A DNA stretch of 64,000 bases from Octopus sinensis (Eukaryota): the NCBI RefSeq assembly GCF_006345805.1, contig NC_043007.1:18476001-18540000 (forward strand), given 5' to 3'. Both the position numbers and the translations under genes were made by a program. Every line of letters starts with the position of its first letter. Positions within the stretch are counted from its first letter, which is position 1. The notes below the pieces were generated by a model. That model was not told the DNA's origin. It saw only the letters and a list, made by a program, of their open reading frames with translations, and made no database searches. Below, one piece after another: positions 11,755 to 25,335 of the stretch.

Positions 11755-14700
11755 CTGCAAAACAAGTTCATGAAATTAACAAATTGAAGAACAGACAGTA
11801 TATCAAAATCTCTTTGGCTTTTACAAAACTAGCAATAACTATACAGATTCAAGAACAATCATGGGATATATATAGATGTTTGTGAGACAACCAAAATGAT
11901 GTAACTAGTCAGAGAAAAGGTGGGGGAGAGAGAGAGAGAGAAGATAGCAAAAAAATAGGGAGAAAATGAAAGAAACAACATGAGTTTCATCTGGTATTTT
12001 ATTAGATTTCTTTCGTTTTAAATGTAATTTCAGTACAATGTTATTATATATAGTCAGCAAAGATGTCTTATTTTGTTTTTTCATTTGGTTTGTAAGCTTC
12101 TTGTTGTGAACTCATGTGTTGAAACAGATTATGTTGTATCTTGGAAAGGTCATTATGCCAATAACAAACATACATGCACTTGTTCTATTTCGCTTCTTGA
12201 ATTACTATTTATCAATTGACTAACATTTAACCAATTAATTAATTGGTCTTCCATTGATCTTTCAAGTCAATCAATCAGCTAGGCAAACAGACCTAAAGTA
12301 GACCCGGAGTAGAGAGGGCAAATCATTGATGACATCACAATTAGTAACTAAAGGACTTTGACCAACATAGCTGACAAATTGATTGTCCAAATGATAAATC
12401 AAACAATTGATTAGTTAAATGGTGTTAACTAATTGGCTAATAATAATGGTAATTTCAAATTTTGACACAAGGCCAGCAATTTTGGGGAAAGGAGTATGTT
12501 GATTGCATCAACCCCACTGTTCAACTGGTACTTATTTTACTGACCCCAAAATGATGAATGGCAAAGTCGACCATGGCAGGATTTGAACTCAGAAAGTAAA
12601 GATGGATGAACTGCTGCTAAGCATTTTGCCTGGTGTGCTGACGATTCTGCCAGTTTGCCAAGTGAAATAGAACCAGTGCGTGTGTGTATTATCAGCACAA
12701 TGACCCCCCCCCCCAAGATACAACAAAGAATGTCATAATGAGAATTTAAAAAAAAAGAAACAATTTCATACTTCCTGTATCAAATTATAATTTAGCAGCA
12801 ATTAATATTAAAGGTCCAGATATTAAGTAGTAAAAGTGTCTGGATTAAATAGATGAATGAACATTTGGTCCATATCATGGCAGTATGAAAAAATACGTTA
12901 CAACAAAGGTAATATTGACGATGAATAATAAGTTGAATTAACTGAAGGTCATACAGTAATCAGTGTCATTAAGAAAATGAGTAATTAAGATAATAAATCA
13001 TGTAATATAACAGTTTCAGCAGACAAAACAATGAGCTGTTAATTATAATAATTAGTTGATGGTATTTTCACACCAAATTTGAATCAGTGCTACTGATGAA
13101 AGTAAGTTAGACGGAAGAATAGTTAGAAGTTAGTGATGTATTAAATACTGAGAATGGAAAATTCAGACTAAGCTCTCAGAGAAAAAAGAAAGACTTAATA
13201 TTAGACCAACACAACAGCAGCAAAAAAGATAGACCAGGCAGATTGCAACCTGCAGGACTTTTTGAAAGGCATGCCCAATGAAAAAATAATTTGAGTTTTT
13301 TTTAGTAGCACAGCCCACTTGATGATGAGGCAAGTCTCATGTAGTCCACTCCTGGGAAAAAAGTTACTTGTACTTGTTCTAGACCAACATAGCAGAGACA
13401 AAGACTGATCAAATTTCAGACCAATATGACAGCAGTATAGAAAGTGTGGGACAGTCAGTATATATTCATGCATATGTGTATATGTCTGCATTTGTTCCTT
13501 CACTACTACTTGACAACCAGTATTGGTTTGTTTACATCCCAGTAACTTAGCAGTTCAGCAAAAGAGGCTGATAGAATAAGTACCAGGCTTAAAAATATAT
13601 ATACTAAAATCGATTTCTTTGACAAAACCCTTTGAGGCAGTGCTACAGCAAGGCTACAGTCCAATGACTGAAACAAGTAAAAGATACAAAACAAAAGAAA
13701 ACTGATCATGAAAATGAAGATGATACCAATATGGCAAACAACTTTCTCTTTAGTGACAGTGAGGTGCCAAATTCTAAATTCATAGTTCTGTGTAAACAAT
13801 CGCTTATATATGTGCACATGTACACACCTACGCTGCCTAGAATAAAAACAGAAAATTCCCCAAATAATTGTATAACCTTAAATAACAGTGCAGGCAAGAA
13901 TTGACCTAATAATTTAATGCCTAGTAAACCCAAATATTATGCTAAAATTATTGTGCAAACAGACTTGTGCAACTGCAATTAAGAAATATCACCATTTAAT
14001 TTAGTTAATTGCAACCAACTAGGAATATGTGCAGACTGAAACAACAACTGTACAACATGGCTAAAAGTGAAATGATTTGATTTCAACAATGGAGCTCAAA
14101 GTAGATAAAGCTATAAATAATAGTGTATAAATATTGGGTTTAAAAACCCTTTGGGTATAAAAAGTTGATTGCTGCCTGTGAAACTTGAACCCACATCACC
14201 TGTAAAGAAGACAGACATTCCACTATTACATGCTATTATTTGTAGCTTCACCAATTTTGAGTTCCGTGGTTATAACTGAATCAAATCAGGCCTTTCAGAC
14301 TTTTCTAAATTCCAAAGTTCTAAAAACGAACTATTGAGAAAATACATGAATAGAAATACAAAGATACAAAACTATACCAGGATGATCAAATCTCAGTAAC
14401 ACCCATATAAAAAACAAAGCATTTATTCCCAACAGATCACAATGACTATCAAATGACCCTCATTGGTTATAGACTACCTCAGACGTAAACCACTAAATTT
14501 TTTTTTGTATAGGAACCAACTTTGAACCCACAAAATAATGGAAAGATCAATCTAATAAGAGAGAAACTCAATTTAAAGATAATGCAAGAATACAAAAAAA
14601 AACCAAAAAAACCATTGTTTAAAAAATGGTTGGAAAGATGTAAGGCCTGAGTTACATAAATAATTTATAGGTTTGTAGGTCTCACCTGGAATTGGTAAAA

Positions 14701-14955
14701 ATCAAAGAGAACTACTGAAAAGAAGTTGTTAGTTCATAATTTACATTTGTCTTTAAATATATGTATATATACTGGAGTAAGCAAATAAATGCGAAAGAAG
14801 GTGAATTATATCCCGATGAAGGGATATAATTAATAAATATCCTAGAAACAGCTGTAAGACCTAATATCTATAAATGCTCTAATATCTACACAGCCTTGGT
14901 TTTTTTATCGTATTACACAAAAAATTCTTTATATATATATTATATATATATATAT

Positions 14956-14988
<33 letters not shown>

Positions 14989-15744
14989 CAATCCATACTA
15001 GCATGGAAAGCAGACGTTAAATGATAATGATATATATATATATATATCATTATCATTTAACGTCTGCTTTCCATGCTAGCATAGATTGTGTGTATATATA
15101 TATATAGATATATATATATATATATATATAAACATCTGACTTAACACATATAAGCACCTAATTATAATAATTGATTATCATATCACAAAAAGAACTGTTG
15201 AATTGTGTTTCATTAAATATTGAGGAACAAAGGTAGTGGTCTAGAGAGGAAGAAACAAGGGAGACAGAAAGAAGGACATAATAGACGGTGGGGGGGGGTA
15301 GAAGAGAAAAAGAGGAAGGGAGAAAGGGAGAGAAGAGATAAAAGGGAGGAGAAAAAAAGCGAGATAACTAATGTAACTTGACACAGTCACACTACAAAGC
15401 AACAAAAGGTGATACCTACAGTAAAGTAAGATGTAAAGACTGATGCGTTCTATCTTTCCGGAACTTTCTAAATGGGACCAATACAGCAAGTTGCTTATCT
15501 CAAATTGAAATATGACTGAGTAGTCACATGATCAAAAGCATTCCAGCCAGGACCATCTCATGTTTTTTGTTTGTTTTGAAGATACACTGTGCATAGGACT
15601 ATCTTATCTAATGCGTTTTCAAAGACAGAGCAGAACAAGTTCCTTGCTGTAGAGGAGCTATAGGAGTACTCGTACTTTAGAGAAGACGGTGAGAGAATGA
15701 TCAAGAGGAGTCAAAGAACAATAGAGAGGAGAGACACAAACCAC

Positions 15745-16250
15745 ATAACAGCCTGTAATGACATGCATAAGATCTGGTCATCAAATCTAAGTAGAGATTT
15801 CAAACTTAAAATCTTCAAAGCTACAGTCAAACCAATTCTACTATATGGCTCAAAAACCTGGACGTTATCAAAGAAGCTTGAGAGGCGGTTGGATGGAACT
15901 TACACTCGCCTCCTTATGAGAGCTCAAAATCTCTCGTGGAAGCGTCATCCAACCAAAATGCAAATATATGGGAAACTACCACCTGTATCATCTCTTGTGA
16001 AAGGTAGAAGAGTCCAGTTTGCTGGACATTGTTGTAGACCTGAAAATGAGGTAATTTCTACTCTTCTCCTCTGGAAGCCATCTGCTCGCGATACCAGAGG
16101 GTGCACACTCTCCTACCCTGATGTAATCTCCAGGGATACAGGCATCCAGCAACAGGACCTCCGTAATGCTATGATGGACCGTGAAGTCTGGCATAACAGT
16201 AAATTCCATTGTCTTGACCATGGTCGAACAATGAATGATGATGATGACAT
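15745..16250 (+). mobile_element. 5'-truncated RTE-clade LINE, RT C-terminal region
   Basis: KLKIFKATVKPILLYGSKTWTL...FAGHC...DREVW; (TGA)n tail. Confidence 0.85.
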
Positions 16251-16817
16251 ACAGAATAGTTCTGAATGTTTGTGACACATGAAGTGGTGACTTATGATTG
16301 TAACAAACTGCATGGTGTTGCATGGTTGTAACATGCTGCATGATGATATGTAGCTGTAATGGTGTATGGAGATAAATGATTGACATAAATAAACCATGAC
16401 GATAGAAGAGTAGTGGAAACAGGCAAAAGAATTATTTCAGTATGGGATGTTGAGCGTGTACTGAGAAATTTTGAGTTGAAGTGTGTAACAAGCTAATGAG
16501 AGAAACCATCATAGAGTTATAATGCAAGCAGTGTGGCAAATGTAAGATGACAAACTGGTGAGGTTTGACAGAGAGAGAGAGGGGGGGGTAATAAAAGTTT
16601 GAAATAATGCAAAGGAGACTAAGACAAAAGTAATTACATCAGATCTTAATAGACTAAACCCCATACAAAATCAAAAAATATATGGACAAATGAATCTGAT
16701 CTATACCAAAAAAGACATATAGGGATTGATAAATTATGGTGACCGTTTGTAAGACAGTAAACAGTGAAGGTAGACAGGGAGAGGAAAGCAAATTCAATGA
16801 AAAAATGACAAACGAAC

Positions 16818-16941
16818 CTTGAAACATAAGGTTCCTGTTCTGGTATGATGATTATATCATCTTGGACAGCTTCTTCCATAACAACTTCTTGTGGGGGAGA
16901 GGAACCAGCTTCTGACTCAATGATGAAATCCTTTTTGCAAA
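16818..16941 (-). CDS. BDP1: BDP1 coding exon 14
   Basis: cacag acceptor, AG|GTTCGT donor, phase 1-2, open. Confidence 0.7.
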
Positions 16942-17009
16942 CTGTGCAGGGTAAAAATTCATTGTTGAATGGAAGATAAACAATTTTTTTGAAGCAAATA
17001 TAATATTAA

Positions 17010-17402
17010 TCCTTTAGCATTTAAATTATTGTCAAATGTAATGCTTATTTATTCAAATTGTTTTGAATTTATCATGCATTATCTCATAGCTTTCAGATTT
17101 CAATGATATGATTGTATATTTTTAGAACGATATGTTGGTGCTTCGTAAAAAGCTCCCAGTACATTGTGAAGTGGTTGGCATTAGGAAGGGCATCCAGCCA
17201 TAGAAACCATGCCAAAACAGGCGACTGGAGCAGATCTTAGGCTTGCCAGCTCCTGTCCAATCCATACCAACATGGGACACAGACATTAAAATGATGAAAT
17301 GATGATATTGAAGGGTAGGTGTGAGAGGCCAGATCTAGCTGGGTTGAACATAAAACAGGTAGAAAATTTGAGCTGGCTATGACTGGTTTAAATGCTTAAG
17401 GG
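17010..17402. mobile_element. TTAA-flanked piggyBac-type MITE with an RTE 3' fragment nested inside (uninterrupted copy at 34192-34408)
   Basis: TTAA-yCCTTTAGCA...TGCTwAAGGG-TTAA termini. Confidence 0.7.
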
Positions 17403-18787
17403 TTAACAATGTATTTTTTTATATTTCAATATTTATAATAATAATGGTTTCAAGTTTTGGCACCAGGCAAGAAATTTTACAGGAAAGGGGTCAGTTGATT
17501 ATAGAGGCCCCAGTATTCATTTAGTACTTTATTTTATCAACCCCAAGAAAAATCAGATTAATGATTTAATAACTAGTTTTTTAGAGGGTTTATATAAATT
17601 ACATTTCATATAATAGCTAAAATGTGATCGTTAATTGTTTCCAATAGAAGTTAAATCTTCTGAATAAAAAAGTGAAATGGATGGATGGATGGATGGACAC
17701 ACAGACAGAGATAATTCCTTATGATAACCTATGACAATATATGAAATGTCCTCATCTTTTCTGAAAATGATTACATCACTTGATACTCTGTTAACTAGTC
17801 TAGCCATAGCTCTGTGTCTGTCTCTCTTCAATAACATGCTGCCACCACTAAATGGGGCTGTACTGTATGGTCAGTTAGCCCTTTTGTTCAACGAGGTCGT
17901 TGCCAGAACCACCTGACTGGCCCCCGTGCCGGTGGCATGTAAAAGCACTACACTCTCGGAGTGGTTGGTGTTAGGAAGGGCATCCAGCTGTAGAAACTCT
18001 GCCAAATCAAGACTGGAGCCTGGCGTGGCTGTCTGGTTCACCAGCCCTCAGTCAAATCGTCCAACACATGCCAGCATGGAAAGTGGACATTAAACGACGA
18101 TGATGATGATAATAATAATATAGTACTCTATTTCATAACTTTACATAAACAGCAGACCTGGAACATGTGGAACGTAAACATGAAAACCATTTGATAAATG
18201 GTACCAGAGTGATGCTGAACATAGATATAAACACACACACACACGAGGTTCTGTACGTTTCTGTCCACCAAATTTCTCACACTGGGTTCAGTCAAGCCAG
18301 TGATATAATAGAAGAAGCTTGCCAACATGGTACAAAGTAGTACCAAACATGAAACCACATGGTTACAAAACAAACTTATTAACCACACTTCCATGCTTTC
18401 ACCTAGAGACAATAGTGTGGTTATGTGGTTAAGTTGCTAGCTTCCCAACCATATGGTTTCGCATTCAATCTTACTGTATGGCACCCGGAGCAAGTGTTGT
18501 TTCTCCTATAGCCCTGGGCCAAACAAAGCCTTGTGAGTGGGTGTTGTAAACAGGAACTGACTGGGGCCAGTCATATTATATAGTTCACAACTATGTCACT
18601 CAGTGCATAGATGTGCCAGTCTATGTGTAGATGCATGACCTAATTTGCAGACAAACAACACAGTGTGTTAAAGAATCAGTGTGAAAACCTAAGAAAAAGA
18701 GTGTGTTGATAATTCAGTTGTTACACAATACTGAAGGTGCTAAAGGAAAGACAAGATGAAATGAAAATCAATAGCAAAAAAGTTAAC

Positions 18788-18949
18788 CTTTCTTTTGTTT
18801 TTTCTTGGAAGTATTTGCAGCTGCTGTTTTATTATTCTTCTTTATTTTGGCAGCCTTCGTCTTCTTGGCAGAAGCTTCCTCTTCATCTGCCTCATCTTCG
18901 CTCTCAGATTTGTCTTCAAACAAATGTTCATCAAAATGTAGCTGTTGTT
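18788..18949 (-). CDS. BDP1: BDP1 coding exon 13 (acidic then basic tract)
   Basis: ctgcag acceptor; QQLHFDEHLF; phase 1-1; donor G|GTTAAC is weak. Confidence 0.8.
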
Positions 18950-19147
18950 CTGCAGGTAAACACATAAACAACAGCAAAAATTTATTCTCAAACCGTTTAA
19001 AAGAGAAGTATGTTTGGGTCAATAATGAATGTAAGATGAAAGGGAAAACTTTTCATCTTGGCAGGAAATACTATTCACATATTTTAAGTGTAAATGTGTT
19101 AGTGATCTTAAGTACCGAGGAAAAACTGAGTGACTACTTATACTTAC

Positions 19148-19202
19148 TTATTGCTTTGTCTATCAGCCATCTGTTTTTTCTCTCTTCACGTTTAAATTTA
19201 TT
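19148..19202 (-). CDS. BDP1: BDP1 coding exon 12 (NKFKREERKNRWLIDKAI)
   Basis: Conserved KFKREE...IDKA helix; 55 nt; phase 0-1; A|GTAAGT donor. Confidence 0.92.
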
Positions 19203-20413
19203 CTATTATATAAAATAATGTTCAATAAGCAACAATAGGATAAGATAAAATACATTTTCTTTAAAGTACTGAATTAGTTATAATAAATTCATTGCTTTAC
19301 AAAAACAAAAAAATACTTTCCAGCATAAACACAAAGCTATAAATTTTGGAGAGTACAGTCAATTAGTTCAACCCCAGTACTTGACTGGTATTTAATTTAT
19401 TGACCCCCCTACCCAACCATAACCATTGAAAGGATTTAAACTTAGAATGTGAAGGGGTGTAACTAAATACAACAAGGTATTTTCTCTGCCAATCTCCACT
19501 AGTTCTGTCAAATCACAAAACACTTATGAAACATGAAACTAGAATTACATGCAAAATGAATTAAAAACGAAAATAGAAGATTCAAGCCATCAACATCATT
19601 TAGCATCCATTTTTCCATGCTTGCATGGATCAGACACAATTTGCTGAGTTAGATTTTCTATGGCTTGAATCCCTTCCTGAAAACCAACTCTCACCTGTTT
19701 CCAAACAAGGTAATATTTTCCCATGGCCACACATGCTATGACTATGATGATCATTCAAAGACATTATGTTACAACAAGAGTACACAAATACATTTATACA
19801 TATGTGTGTGTGTTGTATGAAATAATCCTAATGTTTTAAGTTTCTAATTTAGTTAATGGATTTTTTTTTCCATAAGAAAAATTATTATTTTATTTATTTC
19901 TTAAATAAATATTGTTTAACTCTATTTGCTTATTTATTTAACTATTATCATTAACCTGAAGATTGACTATAATTTTAAATCGAATTTAATTGTAGCCATG
20001 AAATGTACGTAGTGTTTTTACTTATTATATATTTAACATTCATTTTATACTTTTTGAGATCTAGTTATAAGTTATATGTTTTATAAAAATATATATTATT
20101 TGTTATTTATGTATTGGTTTATGTCTATCACTGTTTGAGTTGCATAATAGTGGTTTTATCTCTAATTTATATTTTATATATATATACACACACACATATA
20201 TACTGTGTGTGTATGTGTTAATATTATTGCATTCACTTTGCATGCTTGTACATGATTGAGTCTGTTTATGGTAGCTACAAGTTCAATGTAACACTTTGGT
20301 TATTTATTTATGATAAAACTTCAATGTAAAGGATCATATATAAAATACAATTGTATTTGAATAAACACTGAACAACATGACAAATATGAAATTCCAATCA
20401 AATTAATACTGAC

Positions 20414-20508
20414 CTTCAGATCTCTCCTAGTTTTATTGGGAAACAAATTTGACATCATTGAGAAATCAGTTCCAACTGTACTTAGAGCCAGGAAAAATTT
20501 CTTTGTTT
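20414..20508 (-). CDS. BDP1: BDP1 coding exon 11 (ETKKFFLALSTVGTDFSMMSNLFPNKTRRDLK)
   Basis: SANT core with the GTDFSM signature of Bdp1; phase 1-0. Confidence 0.95.
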
Positions 20509-21316
20509 CTGAAGATAACAAAATTTAAAAAGGAACAAAATGAAAAATAGAAATTTAAAACAAAGTTTGAATTTGAAATGGAGAAATGCATCTTTGAACC
20601 TCGATTTCAAATTTCTAATCCCACCAAATATTATACAAGAAATGATTATCTCATCTCCCTTATGCTAATGAGACACCATGTGTTTAAAAAAAGAGTCCTT
20701 TAACAAAACGTCGTTACCACACTTTTACAATAGAAAATATATTTCTTTTGACTAGTTAAAAGATCAGTTCAGTGCTGACAAGGGTATAGTCAGTTTAATT
20801 GAAATTAAAAATATCAATTCTTGCCAATAAATTCTCCAATATTCTGGGTAATATTTATAGAATTGTTAGAGCAAATAATTTTAGTTCACTGAGAGATTAC
20901 AGCTTGGTACTATGGACATGTGGTTAAAATGCCACAGAGAAGGACTGCAAGACAGATTCTTCTTTAAGCCAAGCCAACTGACAGGAGACCTAAGAGCAAG
21001 ATGGTTGAAGGATATCCACCGTCTCAGTCAGTCATACTTGGAATCCAACCATAAAATGTAATGCTAATTGCTTCTGATAGAATTTATGGAAGAAATGCCT
21101 GAGGACTCTACCCCAACTCTACCTTCCCAGCAATAGTAAGTAGTGGAAACAAATGGATGGATGTCTTTTAAACAGATAACCAACACTGACAAAAGTTGAC
21201 TGTTGATAGGCTTAAATAAAGGTTTGACCTTCAGCCCAATATTTCAGAATCTTAACCATCTCAAAGAACAGGGGCGGGGTTGTTAAAAAAATAAATTTTC
21301 CAAAGGAAATACTTAC

Positions 21317-21441
21317 CTTTCAGAGACCATTTAGACTTGGGAGTATATTTCCGGAAACTACCATAATTTGAATAAATATCTGTCTCGTCTACAGTCTCGG
21401 AGCAAATAGGAGCTGATGGTTGAGTATTGCTGATTACTAAA
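21317..21441 (-). CDS. BDP1: BDP1 coding exon 10 (YSNYGSFRKYTPKSKWSLK)
   Basis: Start of the SANT/Myb domain (YxSFRK...W); phase 2-1; G|GTAAGT donor. Confidence 0.92.
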
Positions 21442-21516
21442 CTGTTGAAGGAATTAAGAAATATTTACAGCAGAAGGAAACTGAAGATAGAAATAAAATT
21501 AGCAGCAGTGTAAGTA

Positions 21517-22338
21517 CATGGAACCTTGGTTTATGAATTTAATGCATTCTTGAAGGCTGGTCATCACCCAAAATGTTTGTAAAATGAAACTACCGTAAAT
21601 CGGGTATAATCTGCATTTTTTTCCCCAAAATTTAAAGGTCAAAATCCTTAGTGCGTACTATATACAAGGTTAAAAATGAAAAAATATTTTCTAAGCAATG
21701 TCTGAGTCTCTATTTGCTGTCTGGCAATGTTTATTCAGACGCATTTTGTGATGTCGGGTGCGAAAATACCTGAATGCAATGAAGTCATAAAAGAATCATC
21801 CATAACTTGCAGTAAGTAACATTTATTAAAATAAAAGTATTCACAACACAGAATAACATGTAGCAAAAACAATTTGCAAACATATTTACATTCCCATATA
21901 ACAGTTAAGAACATCACCATTATTGTATTACGCATACGCAGAAGTGTTTGTTCAACTAGGTGTTGCTGGCCTAATTACACACAACTCAAGTTAGAGAAGG
22001 GGTGCATATTAAACACAAGGTTTGGGCTTTTCAGAGGTACAGCCCCCTAAAAATTCCCTGCGTATTATACTCAAGGGCGGACTATACTCGAAGATTTACA
22101 GTATTTTTTCCATAAGAAAGTCAAGAGAAAGCAGTTAATCGCAGCAGGGATGTGCATGGTGAAAGCTAGACAACTGATGCTCTCCCTTCGATACGTCCAG
22201 CTTGTTGCCAACTGTTGTTGCTGGCATGAATGTTTGTTACTTGGAACACCATTCATCACCCAAGATGTTTTATGCTAAAAAATTGTTGCAAACTGATTTG
22301 TCTGTGATGAGAGGCATTCACAAGCCAAGGTTCCATTG
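21517..22338. mobile_element. Tigger/pogo-type MITE with a second TA-flanked MITE nested at 21593-22101
   Basis: Outer TA-CATGGAACCTTGG...CCAAGGTTCCATTG-TA; inner TA-CCGTAAATC...GATTTACAG-TA. Confidence 0.75.
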
Positions 22339-22458
22339 TATTACAGGGTGTTTCCCCAATACGAATTCTAAAATATTCTGACAAATTTAGAAAAGTAGAG
22401 AATTACCTAGCCTAGAAGTTAAATAGCAATACGACTTAGGATAACTTTGATGGATTAC

Positions 22459-22608
22459 CTTTCTTCATTGATAACAATGTTTCCATCGGCACCAATCTTA
22501 ACCTGAGGCACTGCAAAAGGCTCGTTTTCATTACTTTGTGTTTCAGGGACCTTAGGTGGCACTTCTTCTCCAATTCGTATTGTCCGAGTAGTTTTCTTTT
22601 CGGGAGAT
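22459..22608 (-). CDS. BDP1: BDP1 coding exon 9 (AVPQVKIGADGNIVINEES)
   Basis: Conserved BDP1 VPxVKxxxDGxIxxxEESL motif; phase 2-2. Confidence 0.92.
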
Positions 22609-23775
22609 CTGTAAAATTAAACATGGAGAAGAAGGGTAAAGATAAAACCACAGCAGATATTAATACATTACAAAAATTCATAATTATTCATCATCATCAT
22701 TGTCGTTTAACGTCCGCTTTCCATGCTGACATGGGCTGGACGGTTTGACTGAGGACTGGTGAGCCAGAAGGCTGCACCAGGCTCAATCTGATCTGGCAAA
22801 GTTTTTACAGCTGGATGCCCTTCCTAACGCCAATCACTCCGAGAGTGTAGTGGGTGCTTTTTACATGCTACTGGCACAAGGACCACTCAGGTGGTTCTAG
22901 CAATGACCACACTCAAAAGGTGATTTCTGTGTGCTACCTGCACAGGAGCCAGTCCGGCGGCACTGGCAACAGCCATGCTCAAATGCTGTTTTTCACGTGC
23001 TACCGGCACATGTGCCAGTAAGGCGACGCTCGCAACAATCATGCTCAAATGGTGCTTTTTATGTGCCACTGGCATGGGAGCCAATCCATGGCAATTTTCA
23101 CCATTTTCCTTTTTGATAATTTTGACCGACTTAATATCATAATTTTAACATCCATTTTTACATGGGTTGGAAGGAGTTTATCGAGGCAGATTTTCCATGA
23201 ATGGATACCCTTCCTGTTGCAAACCCTTACCTGTTTCTAAGCAAGGCAAATATTTCTCCATGATTAGACATATTTTTGCAGAATATTGGAAATGAACGAC
23301 ACTGCTTCTATGACAGTGACACTCATTTACAACAATCATGTAATGTCAAGACAAGGAGACACAAACATTCACACAAACATAAGATGGGATTCTTTCAGTT
23401 TCCATTTACCAATCCTTTCACAAGGCTTTGATTGGTCATGTACTATAGAAGACACTTACCCAATGGGTCACACAGTGAGACAACCTAGAACCATACTAGT
23501 ATTAAGATGCTTGCGTATAATTGATACTAGTATATAAATTGATGGAGCGAATATTTCTACAGTTGGATATTGCTAATAGATGGTCAGTTCTCTTTGAATA
23601 ACCATACCTCGTCAGCTTTGAGCAGCTTTAAAGTATGGAGTTATCATAAAGATATCTCATATATCAACTCAATAAAGTCTTCACTGTGGAATACCAAAAA
23701 TCTCTTCTATTTCACTTCAAATAACAGCTTAATGATATCTTCTCAACCACTTCCCTAAAGACTTAAGATACTTAC

Positions 23776-23885
23776 TTCATAGGACTTGATATTGGATTCC
23801 AATATATTAAATCCCTCATTTTCATTTTAGATCGATCTGGTGGCTTGTCAGCAGGATGTTCGGAAAGGTCAGGCTTCTTTTGTTT
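23776..23885 (-). CDS. BDP1: BDP1 coding exon 8 (PDRSKMKMRDLIYWNP)
   Basis: Matches the conserved BDP1 PDRSKMTMRDFIY-type motif; phase 0-2; AA|GTAAGT donor. Confidence 0.9.
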
Positions 23886-24949
23886 CTGAAAGCATCCAAG
23901 AATAAGTTTCTTAACAACTAGTTTTTTTTTTGTTTTGCCTTTTAATTTGAATTTTATAACTTTTTTTTTTGTCACTCATAACAATTATTTAAACTTTTCA
24001 CAGATTTTAACCACTGAGATGTTCAAATTCCTTAACCTTTAAATGCAAAAGTAAGAAGAAAGATCCAGCTAACATAAGTTGTAGATTTACAGATCATAAG
24101 GTGGTAAGCCAGCAGAATTGTTAGCACATTGGACAAATCATTCTTCTAATCCTCATATATCTTGTGTAATCTGTATTGGTTTATTATGTCTGGTTATAAG
24201 ACGGCAAGCTGGAAGAATCACTTGCATGTTGGACAAAATGCTTAGCAGTATTTTGTCTGCCTTTACGTTCTGAGTTCAAATCCCACCAAGGCCAACTTTG
24301 CCCTTCATCCTTTTGGGATCGATAAAATAAGTATCAGTTAAGCACTGGGGTCAATGTAATCAACTTAACCCCTCCCTCCAAATTGCTGGCCTTGTGCCAT
24401 AATTTGAAATCAATGTTTATTGTGCCTTTAAGGTGGTGCAAGATGGCAGAGCCGTTGGTACACCTGGCAAAATGCTTAGTGACATTTCAGACATTCTGAG
24501 GTCAAATTCGGCGACTTCGCCTTTCATCCTTTCTGGGTTGATAAAAGAAGTACCAGTTGAGCAGTGGGGGTCAGTGTAATCAATTTACCTGCTTTCATGA
24601 AATTGCAGGCCTTGTGCTAAAATTTAAAACCAGCTATGTCTGCTTAGTATTTTCACTGATATGGAAGAAGGATGAGAAGGAGAACCATGAGGAGGAACAT
24701 CCAGTTAATAAGCCTCGTTAGATGGCAAGGAATGAGAAGGGCCTCTTAATTCCCAACTGGAAAAGGTCAATTGGTCAATGTACCAAATAGTTGATAGAAG
24801 CAGGAGAGCAAATGGTTAGTTCCACATAGTAGGCAAAGAGATGAAAGAACATCAGGTTAACCCCATGGAATCCACAAGATCAATGAAAAACATTCAAAAA
24901 AGCCACACAAATGTTTATTTGAGAAACAGTGAATGAAAAAGGTCTTTAC

Positions 24950-25076
24950 CTCTCGAAGAGGAAGAGTTTTTCTGGATTTTGTAACTGTCTTAGGCAAGGT
25001 GACCGGATAATCCTTCTGTTTGGTGTTGTCTACATGGCTATCATCCTTCATGATCCTTGGAACTTTGGGAGGAGTG
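24950..25076 (-). CDS. BDP1: BDP1 coding exon 7
   Basis: ttgcag acceptor, GAG|GTAAAG donor, phase 2-0. Confidence 0.75.
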
Positions 25077-25099
25077 CTGCAATAGTAAAATAGTATTAG

Positions 25100-25335
25100 T
25101 AGTAGAATTGTCATAATGATGTTACTAATAGTAGTGATAGAATATCGGTAGTAGTAGTAGCTGTACTAGTAGTGGTGGTGCTAGTAATAATAGTTGTGGT
25201 AGTAGTAGTAGAGCTACAACTGTACTTGTAGTGTTATTGGTAGTTTATTGTGGTCATAGAACTAGTAGAAGTATTAGTAATAGTTTAGTGGTAGTAGTAC
25301 TACTGATAGTTGTGTGGTAGTAGTGCTACTAATAG
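25100..25335. repeat. Degenerate (GTA)n microsatellite next to the BDP1 exon 7 acceptor
   Basis: Visible trinucleotide periodicity. Confidence 0.8.

Noticed and set aside
15697-16275. Nested host gene (192 aa)
   Set aside because: Truncated LINE RT C-terminus whose ATG comes from flanking sequence
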